The notes under the pieces: generated by a model
What the model saw: only the letters and a program-made list of their open reading frames with translations
What the model was told of the DNA's origin: nothing
Database searches by the model: none
In this document: one piece after another, positions 45,986 to 55,944 of the stretch
Layout of the letters: every line of letters begins with the position of its first letter
How positions within the stretch are numbered: the first letter of the stretch is position 1
Position numbers and translations under genes: made by a program
From: Patescibacteria group bacterium UBA6201
Lineage (GTDB): Bacteria > Patescibacteriota > Minisyncoccia > Phycocordibacterales > UBA918
Assembly: GCA_002422025.1 (NCBI GenBank)
Contig: DISV01000005.1
Location: 136,834-200,833, forward strand
Length of the DNA stretch: 64,000 nt
Reading direction: 5' to 3'

Positions 45986-46153
45986 AGTTTATGTTATTAG
46001 CTGATAATTGACCTACATAATTTATGACGATTACCTTTTGCTTTTCTTACTAGTAATGTTAGAGGAATCTCCAACGGCTATGTCGCAAAGATGGATGCGA
46101 CTTATAAAAATTGTGTCACCGGAGCGACTCTTTAGCTAGCAAAAACGCTAAGG

Positions 46154-46199
46154 ATAGCTCGTCCTATCCTGTTGCCTGCAGCAGGATAGGACGAGCTAT
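46154..46199. repeat. long near-perfect hairpin (ATAGCTCGTCCTATCCTG ... CAGGATAGGACGAGCTAT) in divergent intergenic region upstream of hisS
   Basis: 18-bp arms. The arms also contain an internal AGGATAG/CTATCCT inverted repeat. Confidence 0.7.
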
Positions 46200-46289
46200 G
46201 TCTTCACTAGAGCGTTTATCTATACCTTCAGGTTAGGATATTCTTACCAATTGTCTTTTCGTCTCTTTTCCCATACAATCTAGTGAATT

Positions 46290-47543
46290 ATGGCTGAAAA
46301 ACTATCTACTGAACCATATAAGGGTGTACGTGATTTTTATCCGGAGGACATGGCGATTCAGCGTCATATTTTTGATACTTGGAGTCGGACGGCTGAGTCA
46401 TTTGGTTTTGAGCGCTACGATGCTTCAGTCCTAGAGCCTTCTGAATTATATAAGAGTAAAGGTGCAGAGAATGAAGAGTTGGTAAATGATCAGACATACA
46501 CTTTTACTGACCGTGGTAACCGTGAGGTGACTCTGCGTCCTGAGATGACACCAACAGTCGCTAGAATGATTGCTAGTCGCCATAAGGAACTCCCTTTTCC
46601 AGTCCGATGGTATTCCATTCCGAATCTATTTCGTTATGAACGCTCCCAACGTGGACGGGTCCGTGAACACTGGCAATTGAACTGCGATATCTTTGGCGCT
46701 GAAGATCAGTTATCCGCTGACGTAGAAATGATAGCACTTGCCTATCAGTCGCTGATTAATTTTGGCGCATATGATGAAATGTTTTCGATTCGTGTTAATG
46801 ATCGTGTTGAAATGAAAGAGTTTTATCACTCACTCGGAGTGATTGATGAAGAAAGTATTACGAAGGTGACGCGTCTTAATGACCGTTTCCACAAAATTGA
46901 GCGCTCGGAATATATGGAGGAGCTGCGTCAAATCGTACCAGGAGCGGCCGAGGCCATCTTGGAATTCGTAGAAAAAAGTGAGCAGACTGAAAACGCAGTG
47001 ACCAAGGCATTAAATGCTTTGGGTATTAATAATGTAAAAATCGATCGCTCCCTAGCGAGAGGTTTTGACTATTATACCGGTACTATCTTCGAGATTTTTG
47101 ACAATGACCCTAAGAACAACCGTTCGATGCTCGGCGGCGGTCGCTATGATGACCTCACTTCTCTTTTTGGTGAGGAGCGTATCGGTGGGGTCGGCTTTGG
47201 GATGGGAGATGTCACGATGCGAGACTTCTTAGAGACACATGACTTGATTCCTAACTTAAGGCGTAGTGCGAACTTAATAGTCATACCAACCGATACAAAG
47301 TTCAATTTAGAGGGAGAGAAAGCTGCGACGACCTTTAGGCGGTCTGGAGTATCTACACTTGTCGATATTTCTGCTCGTAAGTTAGGAAAAAAAGTCTCTA
47401 ATGCTGCTCACTGCGGCGCTGGTTATTTATTGGTCGTTGGTGAAGACGAAATTGCCCGTAGTGAATTTATTCTTAAAAATCTTGCGGACGGTACAGAAGC
47501 TTCTGGTTCACTAGACGATTTAGCGAAGCAGGTTGCATCATAA
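46290..47543 (+). CDS. hisS: histidyl-tRNA synthetase
   Basis: GVRDFYPED, class II motifs (TLRPEMT, FRYERSQRGR), HisRS-specific GGRYD, and a C-terminal anticodon-binding domain. Confidence 0.9.
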   Translation: MAEKLSTEPYKGVRDFYPEDMAIQRHIFDTWSRTAESFGFERYDASVLEPSELYKSKGAENEELVNDQTYTFTDRGNREVTLRPEMTPTVARMIASRHKELPFPVRWYSIPNLFRYERSQRGRVREHWQLNCDIFGAEDQLSADVEMIALAYQSLINFGAYDEMFSIRVNDRVEMKEFYHSLGVIDEESITKVTRLNDRFHKIERSEYMEELRQIVPGAAEAILEFVEKSEQTENAVTKALNALGINNVKIDRSLARGFDYYTGTIFEIFDNDPKNNRSMLGGGRYDDLTSLFGEERIGGVGFGMGDVTMRDFLETHDLIPNLRRSANLIVIPTDTKFNLEGEKAATTFRRSGVSTLVDISARKLGKKVSNAAHCGAGYLLVVGEDEIARSEFILKNLADGTEASGSLDDLAKQVAS

Positions 47544-47545
47544 AC

Positions 47546-48169
47546 TTGGTACTTAGATATCCTGTTTCTTCAATTTTAACTTTAAACTTGGTTGTGCGTT
47601 ACATAGTATTTGACCTTGAAACCCAAAATATCTTTTCAGATGTCGGTGGAAGTGACCCCGCTAATCTAGATATTTCTGTTGCTGGTTTTTATGACAGTGG
47701 TACTGAGGAATACTCAGCCTTCTCGATTGATGAGCTATCTCAGGCTTGGTCGATTATTGAACGTGCAGATGCGTTAGTTGGTTATAACAGTAATCATTTT
47801 GATATCCCTCTTTTAAATAAATATTATCCAGGTGACCTCACTTCAATCAAGAGTATTGATATCCTAGAGTCGATTAGAGAGTCACTCGGTCGTCGTCTGC
47901 GTCTCGACAGTGTGGCTGAGGCCACTGTAGGAGCCAAGAAATCAGCTGACGGCCTTCAGGCGGTCCGCTGGTGGCGAGAAGGTAAAGTTGAAGAGGTCAA
48001 AAAGTATTGTCTTCAGGACGTAAAAGTGACAAAGAAGGTTTTTGATTATGCCTTAGAACATGGTCATGTGAAGTTTAAGGATGGTCGACAGAAGCGCGAT
48101 ATACCCCTTGATACTTCAAGTTGGTTGACTAAGGAAGATGCTTCCATGACTCATACTCTCCCTTTTTAG
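47546..48169 (+). CDS. DnaQ-like/RNase H-like 3'-5' exonuclease domain protein
   Basis: YIVFDLET (Exo I) and VGYNSNHFDIPLL (Exo II-like). 207 aa. Confidence 0.45.
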   Translation: MVLRYPVSSILTLNLVVRYIVFDLETQNIFSDVGGSDPANLDISVAGFYDSGTEEYSAFSIDELSQAWSIIERADALVGYNSNHFDIPLLNKYYPGDLTSIKSIDILESIRESLGRRLRLDSVAEATVGAKKSADGLQAVRWWREGKVEEVKKYCLQDVKVTKKVFDYALEHGHVKFKDGRQKRDIPLDTSSWLTKEDASMTHTLPF

Positions 48170-48203
48170 GGTTCGTGAAGGTCACAGACTCTTGTGGTAA
48201 TGG

Positions 48204-49010
48204 TTAACTGAAGTAAAAAACCGCTACCACGACTGTAGCTAAAGCAAGGCGGTACCAAATGAAAGGCCAAAGAGTATGACGACGGACGAAAGAGAGCATA
48301 AAATGAATGGCGAAAAGACCTGCTAAAAAGGCGACAATTGCTGCGATGACTAGTTCACTCCACTCAACACTATTACCTGACATCATTAATTCGAGCAGTT
48401 TCTTGAGTCCACTACCTAGAATGACTGGTATTGCCAGAAGGAACGAAAAGCGTGCTGCTTCACTGCGGGATAGTCCTAGTAACATACCGCCAGCAATGGA
48501 GGCTCCACTTCGCGACATGCCTGGAATAAGTGCAAGACATTGAAAGAAGCCGATTAACAGACCCTTTCGAATGGTCATTTTGTCATCTCTGTTTCGGGCA
48601 AAATACTTCCACTCGGCGACCATAAATAGAAAAGAACCAGTGACCAGTACCCCAGCTACCAAAAGTGGGTTACGAAAGATGGTCTCCATGTATGACTCCA
48701 GTAGTAGGCCGAAGATGATGGCAGGTATGGTACCAATCATTAGCGCGTAGGCTAGGGTAATCTCTTTTTCATTTACAGGGAGTCTTGAGAGTTGTCGTAA
48801 TACGGCATTGGCCATATCGAAGATGTCTCGGCGAAAATAGATAATAACCGCTAGTACGGTAGCTAATTGGAGTACGGCGTCAAAGGCCAGGTCATTTTTC
48901 CCTGTCCCAAAGAGTGAGTGTAGCAGGACCAAGTGTCCTGAAGAAGAGACGGGCAAAAACTCAGTTAGTCCCTGAATCAGTCCAAGCCAAATGTTGTTTA
49001 GTGCGTCCAT
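48204..49010 (-). CDS. uppP: undecaprenyl-diphosphatase
   Basis: GLTEFLPVSSSGHL and SRSGASI motifs. 8 TM helices. Confidence 0.85.
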   Translation of the reverse strand: MDALNNIWLGLIQGLTEFLPVSSSGHLVLLHSLFGTGKNDLAFDAVLQLATVLAVIIYFRRDIFDMANAVLRQLSRLPVNEKEITLAYALMIGTIPAIIFGLLLESYMETIFRNPLLVAGVLVTGSFLFMVAEWKYFARNRDDKMTIRKGLLIGFFQCLALIPGMSRSGASIAGGMLLGLSRSEAARFSFLLAIPVILGSGLKKLLELMMSGNSVEWSELVIAAIVAFLAGLFAIHFMLSFVRRHTLWPFIWYRLALATVVVAVFYFS

Positions 49011-49159
49011 ACTACAATTCTAACATGTTATAATACACTTCTTCCAAAAGTAGCACATATGCACTGGCTTCAGTATTTTTGCTTAGTCACCTTAGTTTCT
49101 CTAAGGATTAATCACAAAAATTCTAGCGCTAGTAAACAAATTTAAAGAGCGATAGCGAC

Positions 49160-49190
49160 TATAAAAATGGAAATGCCCTTGTGGTGCACG
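49160..49190. repeat. third copy of TATAAAAATGGAA(A/G)T(G/A)CCCTTGTGGTG motif
   Basis: Matches 22130-22160 and partially 21800-21830. Confidence 0.55.
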
Positions 49191-49284
49191 TCATATATAC
49201 TTTTGAAGGAAATCTAATGTTCTGAACCTACTCGCTAGCTCACCAGGTTCTTTCCCTAATAGAATAAGCGATTATATTTTCATT

Positions 49285-50025
49285 ATGAACGAAACAAACC
49301 CAAGTAATAGCACTTCGACCATTAGGCCAAGTAGCAATGTAATGGCAATACCAGCTGCGATTATTATCGGTTTTGCGTTGATTGCTCTGTCTATTTATCT
49401 CTCTGGTGGTAAAGAGGTGACTGACACAAACGTCGGGGAGAATCAGCCAGCCGAAAATGAGGGAGACATCTCTAACATCACTCCCGTGAATGAGTCTGAT
49501 CATATTCGTGGTAATCCGAACGCTCCACTCGTGATTGTTGAGTACTCCGACTTCGATTGTCCTTTCTGTAAGACATTTCATAATACAATGCAACAGATAA
49601 TGGATGAGTATGGTCCAACCGGAGAAGTGGCTTGGGTTTATCGTCAATTACCACTACCTTCTCTTCACCCTAGCGCCGCACATATTGCTGAGGCTTCTGA
49701 ATGTGTGGCTGAATTAGGTGGCGATGAGGCTTTTTGGAAGTTTGCTGATATGGTTTTTGGTGAGCGTGCAGTAAATGAATTAACGAATGTCGCTCTCCTG
49801 CCTGAGATGGCGGTGAGTGCTGGAGTGGTAGAATCTGACTATCAGTCTTGTATAGACAGCGGAAGAAATCGCTCTCTAGTAGAAGAGGATGTACAAAACG
49901 CCATTTCAATCGGTGCCAGAGGTACTCCGTATTCAGTTGTAATAGCTGGAGACCAAATGATGACCATTAATGGTGCCCAGCCTTACGACCAAGTGAAGCT
50001 TTTGGTGGATGGACTACTCCGTTAA
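49285..50025 (+). CDS. DsbA-like thiol:disulfide oxidoreductase (CPFC active site) with N-terminal TM anchor
   Basis: YSDFDCPFCKTFH thioredoxin-fold active site. Confidence 0.7.
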   Translation: MNETNPSNSTSTIRPSSNVMAIPAAIIIGFALIALSIYLSGGKEVTDTNVGENQPAENEGDISNITPVNESDHIRGNPNAPLVIVEYSDFDCPFCKTFHNTMQQIMDEYGPTGEVAWVYRQLPLPSLHPSAAHIAEASECVAELGGDEAFWKFADMVFGERAVNELTNVALLPEMAVSAGVVESDYQSCIDSGRNRSLVEEDVQNAISIGARGTPYSVVIAGDQMMTINGAQPYDQVKLLVDGLLR

Positions 50026-50054
50026 CCTATCCTCAAGATTTCTTAAACTTAAAT

Positions 50055-50097
50055 CAGAAAGATGCCCGCGACCATTAGGTTGCGGGCATCTTTCGTA
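50055..50097. terminator. bidirectional terminator (GATGCCCGCGACC-atta-GGTTGCGGGCATC + TTTCGT)
   Basis: 13-bp stem with one G-U pair, between convergent genes. Confidence 0.7.
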
Positions 50098-50106
50098 TCC
50101 ATCAAT

Positions 50107-53064
50107 CTAGTTAGTTATAAATTTTTCTCCCGATACTATTTCCTTAGCTACTCTAACTACCTCCAGTTTAAGATCCTCAATTTCCTCTTTTTTTACCTTG
50201 AAACCGTATTCCACTATTTCCCCGGTTCGATCTTTAGGTTCAACAAAAGAAAGTACAAATTCCACTTCGTCACTCATTTCTGCCCCGTAAAGTTCTAGGA
50301 GTAGCGCATAAAATACCAATTGGCGTTTGTAGTTTCCGTTTGAACTCTTAGTGTTACCCTCAACCTCATTTCGGCTTTTAGGTTTCCCAGTCTTGTAATC
50401 GTACACCCGCGCTACTCGTCCTTCAGAATCGTGGTCAACTCGGTCAATCTTTCCTGTCAGTGGAATCTCCGATAGGTCTGCGTCACTAGTTTTGAGCACT
50501 GCACGCACTGCAAACTCAGAACGTGAATTATTGCCTAATCCACTTCTAAGGTGTGGCAGGTAGGCGCTTAATGCCACTAGACATTGTTCGTGAATAGTTG
50601 GTAGCTCATGGACACCAAAAGGTAATTTCTCCAAGGCTGATTTAATGAGTACGTTAAGTTCGGTGGCGTTTGGCCAAGTCTGTTTTTTGGTGAAACTCAC
50701 GACAACACGGTCTAATACTTCGTGCACAGCGTTACCTTTCATTAAGGACAGGCTCTGAGGCTGAGGGCGTCTTAGAAGATTTTCATAGAAATATTTTAAT
50801 GGGTCCTCCAAATAGTTATTAAGGTGTGTGACTGATAGTCCACGCTCCAAAAATAACTGTCTTATGATGTTTGGTTCAAGTTTGAATGGGCGGTATCCAG
50901 CTTTGAGTAGTGACTCTGGGCTAAATTTCTCTTCATCTTCAGTTGTTTCAAAAGAATTTACTATCTCTGTCGGCAATTGATAGACGAAGCGTGAAGGCTC
51001 ACATACTTTGCCAGACGCTGTATTAACTGAGGAAGAAATAAATAAATTCTCCTTTGCCCTCGTCATAGCAACATAGAAAAGTCTTCTTTCATCATCTTCG
51101 CTGTCTGCGTCACTTAGACTTTCCGCATAGAGTGGTAGTTTGAAATAATCTCTTTGGTCACTACCGCCAAACGCGTTATCTGTTGCTCGCGGCATAAAGA
51201 CAGTATGAAACTCTAAACCTTTGGCCTTATGCGCGGTCATAACTTGCACTGCTGTCTGATCAGCATCTATGAAAGGTGCAGTTAACGGTAAGTTATGAGC
51301 GCGACGATAACGGAGTTGTCTGGCCACTTCGCTTAAGCTAGTCGCTTGTTTTTCTACTACCATCGCTTCGACATCGTCATAAAAACGTCTGATTACTCGA
51401 GCCGCCTCGGTCGGGTCTTGTTTTAAGGCGTCCTCGAGAAGCCCACTTTCTTCTAAGAGGACCTGCAATATTAGGTGTGGCGCGGTAGTGGCTTGAAGTG
51501 ATCTAGCCTTATTAAGTATCTTACTAACCTGAAGTATTGTCTCTCTATTAGCAATAGAAAGTCCCTGCAAGATTTCTTCACTTTCAATTATCTTATAAAG
51601 TGGTCGTGAGTATGACCTTGCTGCCAGTATCTGCGCTAGATCGCCACTTTTAATCCCCCACCAACTGCCAAGTAGGGTTGCAAACAGCGGGGCTTCATTT
51701 TCTGGCGATAGTACCGCCAACATCATGTTCTCGAGCGCTAAAGTTAAAGGATGGTCCAGAATGTCACTATCTGCAGAAGCGTTTGCATCGATACCAAATC
51801 GTCTGAGGAGGCCGGCAAAGTGCTCTACGTCACGGTTGTATCGCAAGATGATGGCTATCTCTTCGAGCGGTACCCCCGCTTCTATTGTCGCTTTCACCTC
51901 ACTCACTAACCACTCGCTCTCCACTGCCTCGTGAGAAAATTGGCGATACTCTTGTCGTCCAGGATGTTTGAATGTTTTTCCAGCTTTGAGTGGAATGCGT
52001 AGTTTTGCAAGGTCTGGATCATCACTCTTCACTAATTCGTGTGATGCGTCGAGAATGTTCTGGGTAGATCGATAGTTTTCTGTTAGTGATATGACTTTGG
52101 TTCCAGGAAAACGGTCTTCAAAATATAAAAAGTTGTATAGGGATGCTCCTTGGAAACGGTAGATAGCTTGCTTTTCATCTCCTACTACAAAGATGTTTGG
52201 ATTGCTATGAAAGTCAGCTAAGAGTTCCAAAGTTTTATTTTGGGCTTCATTAACATCTTGATGCTCATCGGCCAAAATATATTGGTAGATCTCTTGAAGA
52301 TCACGCAACATATCTTCATTATTTTGGAGCGCACCTACCGTCTCGACAATCATGTCGTCAAAGTCGTATAGTCGGCGCTCTCGAAGTATCTTTTGGTATA
52401 GACGATACACAAGGAGTAACTCCTTGTGCTTATTGATACGCTTCTCTTCCTTGGCGTAGTCACCCTTTACCTTACCTTTGTGTGCTCCCTTCTCGTGGAA
52501 TTTTGGAGAATTATTTAAGGCAGTCTCTTCTTTAGCTATGAGTAGCGCAAAACTATCAGGAGTGATGTACTCCTTCTTGAGGTCGGTAATGGCGCCTGGA
52601 ATCTTCTTAACATAGTACAGAGGGTCACCGTTTGGGCGTAATTCTTTGAATCCTCCATCGTTGATGATGTCTTCGATAATGGATAGCTTTTCTATATCAG
52701 TAGCTGGTCGCCCCCCAATGATGTTGGGATAGGCATCTGGATATTTACGAATCAGTTCTCCAGCAAAGCTGTGGAAAGTGTGCACCGCGACCTTGTACGC
52801 TGTATCTCCAATGTAGCGACGTAGGCGCTCTCTCATGGCGTGTGCGCCCGCATCAGTGAAGGTAAGGGCCAGAATGTTCTCTGGCTTCGTATCGGTTTGA
52901 AGCAAGATATTGGCAATGCGGAGCGCTAGTATCTGCGTCTTACCGGTGCCGGGCCCCGCTATGACCATCACTGGACCATCAATAGTATCAACGGCGTTTT
53001 TCTGGGCTAAGTTTAGGGATGTATAGGCCTCCTTATATGCCGCACTATTTAGAGAGGCTTTCAT
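50107..53064 (-). CDS. UvrD/PcrA-type helicase with C-terminal RecB-family (PD-(D/E)xK) nuclease domain (AddA-like)
   Basis: VIAGPGTGKT Walker A and DEHQD motif II. The C-terminus GKIDRVDHD...YDYKTG is a RecB nuclease motif. 985 aa. Confidence 0.75.
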   Translation of the reverse strand: MKASLNSAAYKEAYTSLNLAQKNAVDTIDGPVMVIAGPGTGKTQILALRIANILLQTDTKPENILALTFTDAGAHAMRERLRRYIGDTAYKVAVHTFHSFAGELIRKYPDAYPNIIGGRPATDIEKLSIIEDIINDGGFKELRPNGDPLYYVKKIPGAITDLKKEYITPDSFALLIAKEETALNNSPKFHEKGAHKGKVKGDYAKEEKRINKHKELLLVYRLYQKILRERRLYDFDDMIVETVGALQNNEDMLRDLQEIYQYILADEHQDVNEAQNKTLELLADFHSNPNIFVVGDEKQAIYRFQGASLYNFLYFEDRFPGTKVISLTENYRSTQNILDASHELVKSDDPDLAKLRIPLKAGKTFKHPGRQEYRQFSHEAVESEWLVSEVKATIEAGVPLEEIAIILRYNRDVEHFAGLLRRFGIDANASADSDILDHPLTLALENMMLAVLSPENEAPLFATLLGSWWGIKSGDLAQILAARSYSRPLYKIIESEEILQGLSIANRETILQVSKILNKARSLQATTAPHLILQVLLEESGLLEDALKQDPTEAARVIRRFYDDVEAMVVEKQATSLSEVARQLRYRRAHNLPLTAPFIDADQTAVQVMTAHKAKGLEFHTVFMPRATDNAFGGSDQRDYFKLPLYAESLSDADSEDDERRLFYVAMTRAKENLFISSSVNTASGKVCEPSRFVYQLPTEIVNSFETTEDEEKFSPESLLKAGYRPFKLEPNIIRQLFLERGLSVTHLNNYLEDPLKYFYENLLRRPQPQSLSLMKGNAVHEVLDRVVVSFTKKQTWPNATELNVLIKSALEKLPFGVHELPTIHEQCLVALSAYLPHLRSGLGNNSRSEFAVRAVLKTSDADLSEIPLTGKIDRVDHDSEGRVARVYDYKTGKPKSRNEVEGNTKSSNGNYKRQLVFYALLLELYGAEMSDEVEFVLSFVEPKDRTGEIVEYGFKVKKEEIEDLKLEVVRVAKEIVSGEKFITN

Positions 53065-53108
53065 AATAAATGTATTATAACAAAAGCCCCATCATTCTCC
53101 ATGTGCTT

Positions 53109-54383
53109 CTAAAACAGCAAGTATTGTATGTACCAGACCCCAATACCAGCAGCATACCCAAGTGCTGCTGGTATGGTGGCAATTTTAAGGAAGTTGGTAA
53201 AGGTCAGTTCTTTGACCATACCCATCGCGACGACTCCTGCTGCTGAGCCAATAACTAACATAGATCCCCCAGTACCCACACAGATAGCCAATAGTACCCA
53301 AAGTCGTGGGTCAGTAGTCTGCAAGATATCAATCGCGGCTGCTGTAAGAGGAATATTATCTAGAATCGCAGAAAACGCACCAAGTAGCACGCTACCAGCG
53401 ATGAGGCGTGATATAGCCGGATCCTCTCCAAAGAGACTGCTAGATATGAAATCAAGAACACCCAAGAAGCTGAGCGCTCCCACTGCAAAGAGGATACCGA
53501 TGAAAAACAGTAAACTCGTTATATCAAGTTTGCCAAGAAGCTTCTCTATCTCCATGGAAAGGTGTGATTCACGATGCTTGGCCGTGTTACTAAACCAGCC
53601 GATAGTTAGTCCTACTAGTCCCACACCGAGCATAAGTCCCATAAAAGGTGGTAGGCCAGCGATATGAGCTAGAGGTGGTAATACAAATGATACAAATGAC
53701 ATTCCTATAACCACTTTGTCCGAAGCCGAAAGAGTTACATTCTCATTCGTGACAAGTGCTTCGTCTCCACTATCACGTTTGAGCTGTTTTGCAAAAAGAA
53801 ACATACTGACCGCTAAAATTGTCAGTGCGGGCAGGAATGCCCAAAGAATAATCTCCAATGCGGTGAACTTTCCTGCAAGCCATAACATAATGGTGGTCAC
53901 GTCTCCTACAGGGGAAAATGCTCCACCGGCATTAGCTGCAACAACTATCATACCAGCCATCACAAGAAGGTTGTGTCCTTTGAAAAAGCGACGAGCAATC
54001 TGCACCATCACAATCGTAGTGGTAAGGTTGTCAATGATGGCAGATAGGAAGAAAGTTAGTACTGCAATTAGTATTAACTGAGCACTATCTTTAAGTCCCA
54101 ATGCAAAAAGTTTGGCGCGTAGAAGATCGAAGAAACGATAATGTACTAGGATCTCAACCAGTGTCATTGCTGCTAGTAGAAATACAACCAACGAGAAAGT
54201 CTCGGCAGAAATAGTATGCAAAGCCTCTTCAATGGCGTGGTTGGCTGGACTGGTTAATGCTATTAGTCCCCATAGTACTGCTGCTAGTGCAGTAGCGGTT
54301 ATGGATTTATTAATCTTCCAATAGTGTTCTAGGGTAATTAGAATGTATCCAATCACAAAAATAATGCTTGCAATAAGGGCCAT
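53109..54383 (-). CDS. ArsB/NhaD-superfamily permease (anion/Na+ transporter-like)
   Basis: 424 aa with about 12 TM helices and internal repeat symmetry. Confidence 0.45.
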   Translation of the reverse strand: MALIASIIFVIGYILITLEHYWKINKSITATALAAVLWGLIALTSPANHAIEEALHTISAETFSLVVFLLAAMTLVEILVHYRFFDLLRAKLFALGLKDSAQLILIAVLTFFLSAIIDNLTTTIVMVQIARRFFKGHNLLVMAGMIVVAANAGGAFSPVGDVTTIMLWLAGKFTALEIILWAFLPALTILAVSMFLFAKQLKRDSGDEALVTNENVTLSASDKVVIGMSFVSFVLPPLAHIAGLPPFMGLMLGVGLVGLTIGWFSNTAKHRESHLSMEIEKLLGKLDITSLLFFIGILFAVGALSFLGVLDFISSSLFGEDPAISRLIAGSVLLGAFSAILDNIPLTAAAIDILQTTDPRLWVLLAICVGTGGSMLVIGSAAGVVAMGMVKELTFTNFLKIATIPAALGYAAGIGVWYIQYLLF

Positions 54384-54491
54384 AAGGGGACAGCAAATGA
54401 AATGCGTTAATAATATGCCGCAAACTATTAGCTCTTAGGAGCAGACAAATAAAAACACCTGCGAATCAATTCGAAAAATAATCAAATTGGC

Positions 54492-54938
54492 TTACAGGAG
54501 TTCTTGGTGTTCTAGGTAGGCAATGCCGGTTTGTGAACGTGCCTTTAAAGTTGGCATCAGTCGACGAGCGCTGTTGGCTCTGAGCAATAGCATTGCCTCT
54601 TCTGGTGCCACAAAACGCACCTCTAATAGTTGTGGCGGAAGTTTAATTCTGCTCACCATTTCGTCTGTAAAAACACCACCATCAAATATAAACATCACAT
54701 ATTCTTCGGCTAATCCGCGATAATCAATGCTTAGTAAACGTGGTGGTGTGGTCAAATCTATACCTAGTTCAGCACGCATTTCTCGTAGAAATGCACCACT
54801 TGGCGATTCACCGATTTCGACGTATCCGCCTGGAAAAATCCAACCTTCTTTATGTGAAGGTTTGACTATCAAGACACGCTCGTTTTCGTCGGTTATGAGA
54901 CCGGCGACCACTACTTCTTTTGATGCCTGCTGCCTCAT
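54492..54938 (-). CDS. NUDIX hydrolase
   Basis: Nudix box GGYVEIGESPSGAFLREMRAELGI. Confidence 0.75.
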   Translation of the reverse strand: MRQQASKEVVVAGLITDENERVLIVKPSHKEGWIFPGGYVEIGESPSGAFLREMRAELGIDLTTPPRLLSIDYRGLAEEYVMFIFDGGVFTDEMVSRIKLPPQLLEVRFVAPEEAMLLLRANSARRLMPTLKARSQTGIAYLEHQELL

Positions 54939-55130
54939 GTCTGCGAGTATAACATCAACTCATTCCCTTGGGAATACGGCCCTAAGTTGGTAACTTCACT
55001 CAATAATTTTGTAATTAACAAGCGCACATTATTGTTATAGTTATCATTTGTTATTTACATAATAGTTTATAATCATGTTGTGTATAAGAGGTTTTGACAG
55101 CTATAAAAGTAGGAGTATACTCGTATCTCG

Positions 55131-55874
55131 TTGGTGCCAGAGTGGTATCAACAAATCACGACAAACCTAATGGAGGTCACATTGTCGCGGAATGATTGTT
55201 CTTTTTTTGCCATTTCTGGCATGAGAGGCTCTGGCCGAACTAGACTCTTCAAGGAACTCAAATCTGTGCTCCCACAAACTTTCGGGGATCACAAGTTTGC
55301 CTTTTTTGACGATCCTCTCGGTGGCCTCCCTCACCCTCTCTTGTGGGCCAGTGACGAACGGGGACTTCACCCTACTACTCGTGTGTTCAAATGCTGGGCT
55401 CCGCTGAATGAGTTCAATATCATGAAGCTGAAGCCGGCGATGTCTGAACACGACTTCATATTCGTGGATGGTTATGGACTCAATGCGGTTTTGTATGCTA
55501 CTGCATATGTCGGAGACAATCTTGAGGACGACGAGGCCTCAGCCGCCATGCACCACTTGATTGTTGGTGCTCGCGTCATCGCTCAGGGGATTAAGCCACC
55601 ACCGTATTTTGTCACATTAGGTAATCGGTCCTTATTGGTGGATTATCTGACGAAAATGGTTCCGGGGATATCTGCTCTACAGTGTGAGGCGTTCATCGAA
55701 AAAGAGGTGCGTATTATTCAGTCATATTTCGGTCCGGAGACTGGACAGACTGGTCATCTCTTCGATCCTGATATGTCACTCGACATGATGTGCGAGTTTA
55801 TCATAATCAAGATACAGGAACGTATCGAGGAGATTCGGCGGTGTTCGAGTAACAGCACAGCTATGGTGGCCTGA
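55131..55874 (+). CDS. hypothetical P-loop-like protein (possible (d)NMP kinase fold)
   Basis: ISGMRGSGRTRL is a P-loop-like motif (GxxGxGRT). Weak overall resemblance to thymidylate/deoxynucleoside kinases. Confidence 0.3.
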   Translation: MVPEWYQQITTNLMEVTLSRNDCSFFAISGMRGSGRTRLFKELKSVLPQTFGDHKFAFFDDPLGGLPHPLLWASDERGLHPTTRVFKCWAPLNEFNIMKLKPAMSEHDFIFVDGYGLNAVLYATAYVGDNLEDDEASAAMHHLIVGARVIAQGIKPPPYFVTLGNRSLLVDYLTKMVPGISALQCEAFIEKEVRIIQSYFGPETGQTGHLFDPDMSLDMMCEFIIIKIQERIEEIRRCSSNSTAMVA

Positions 55875-55883
55875 CTACCTTTC

Positions 55884-55921
55884 AATCCTCCGGCTGGCGA
55901 CTTATCGTTGGTCGGAGGATT
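55884..55921 (+). terminator. hairpin AATCCTCCG-n20-CGGAGGATT after the 55874 stop
   Basis: 9-bp stem followed by a T-rich tract. Confidence 0.45.
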
Positions 55922-55944
55922 TATCATATTAAATTATTAGATTT

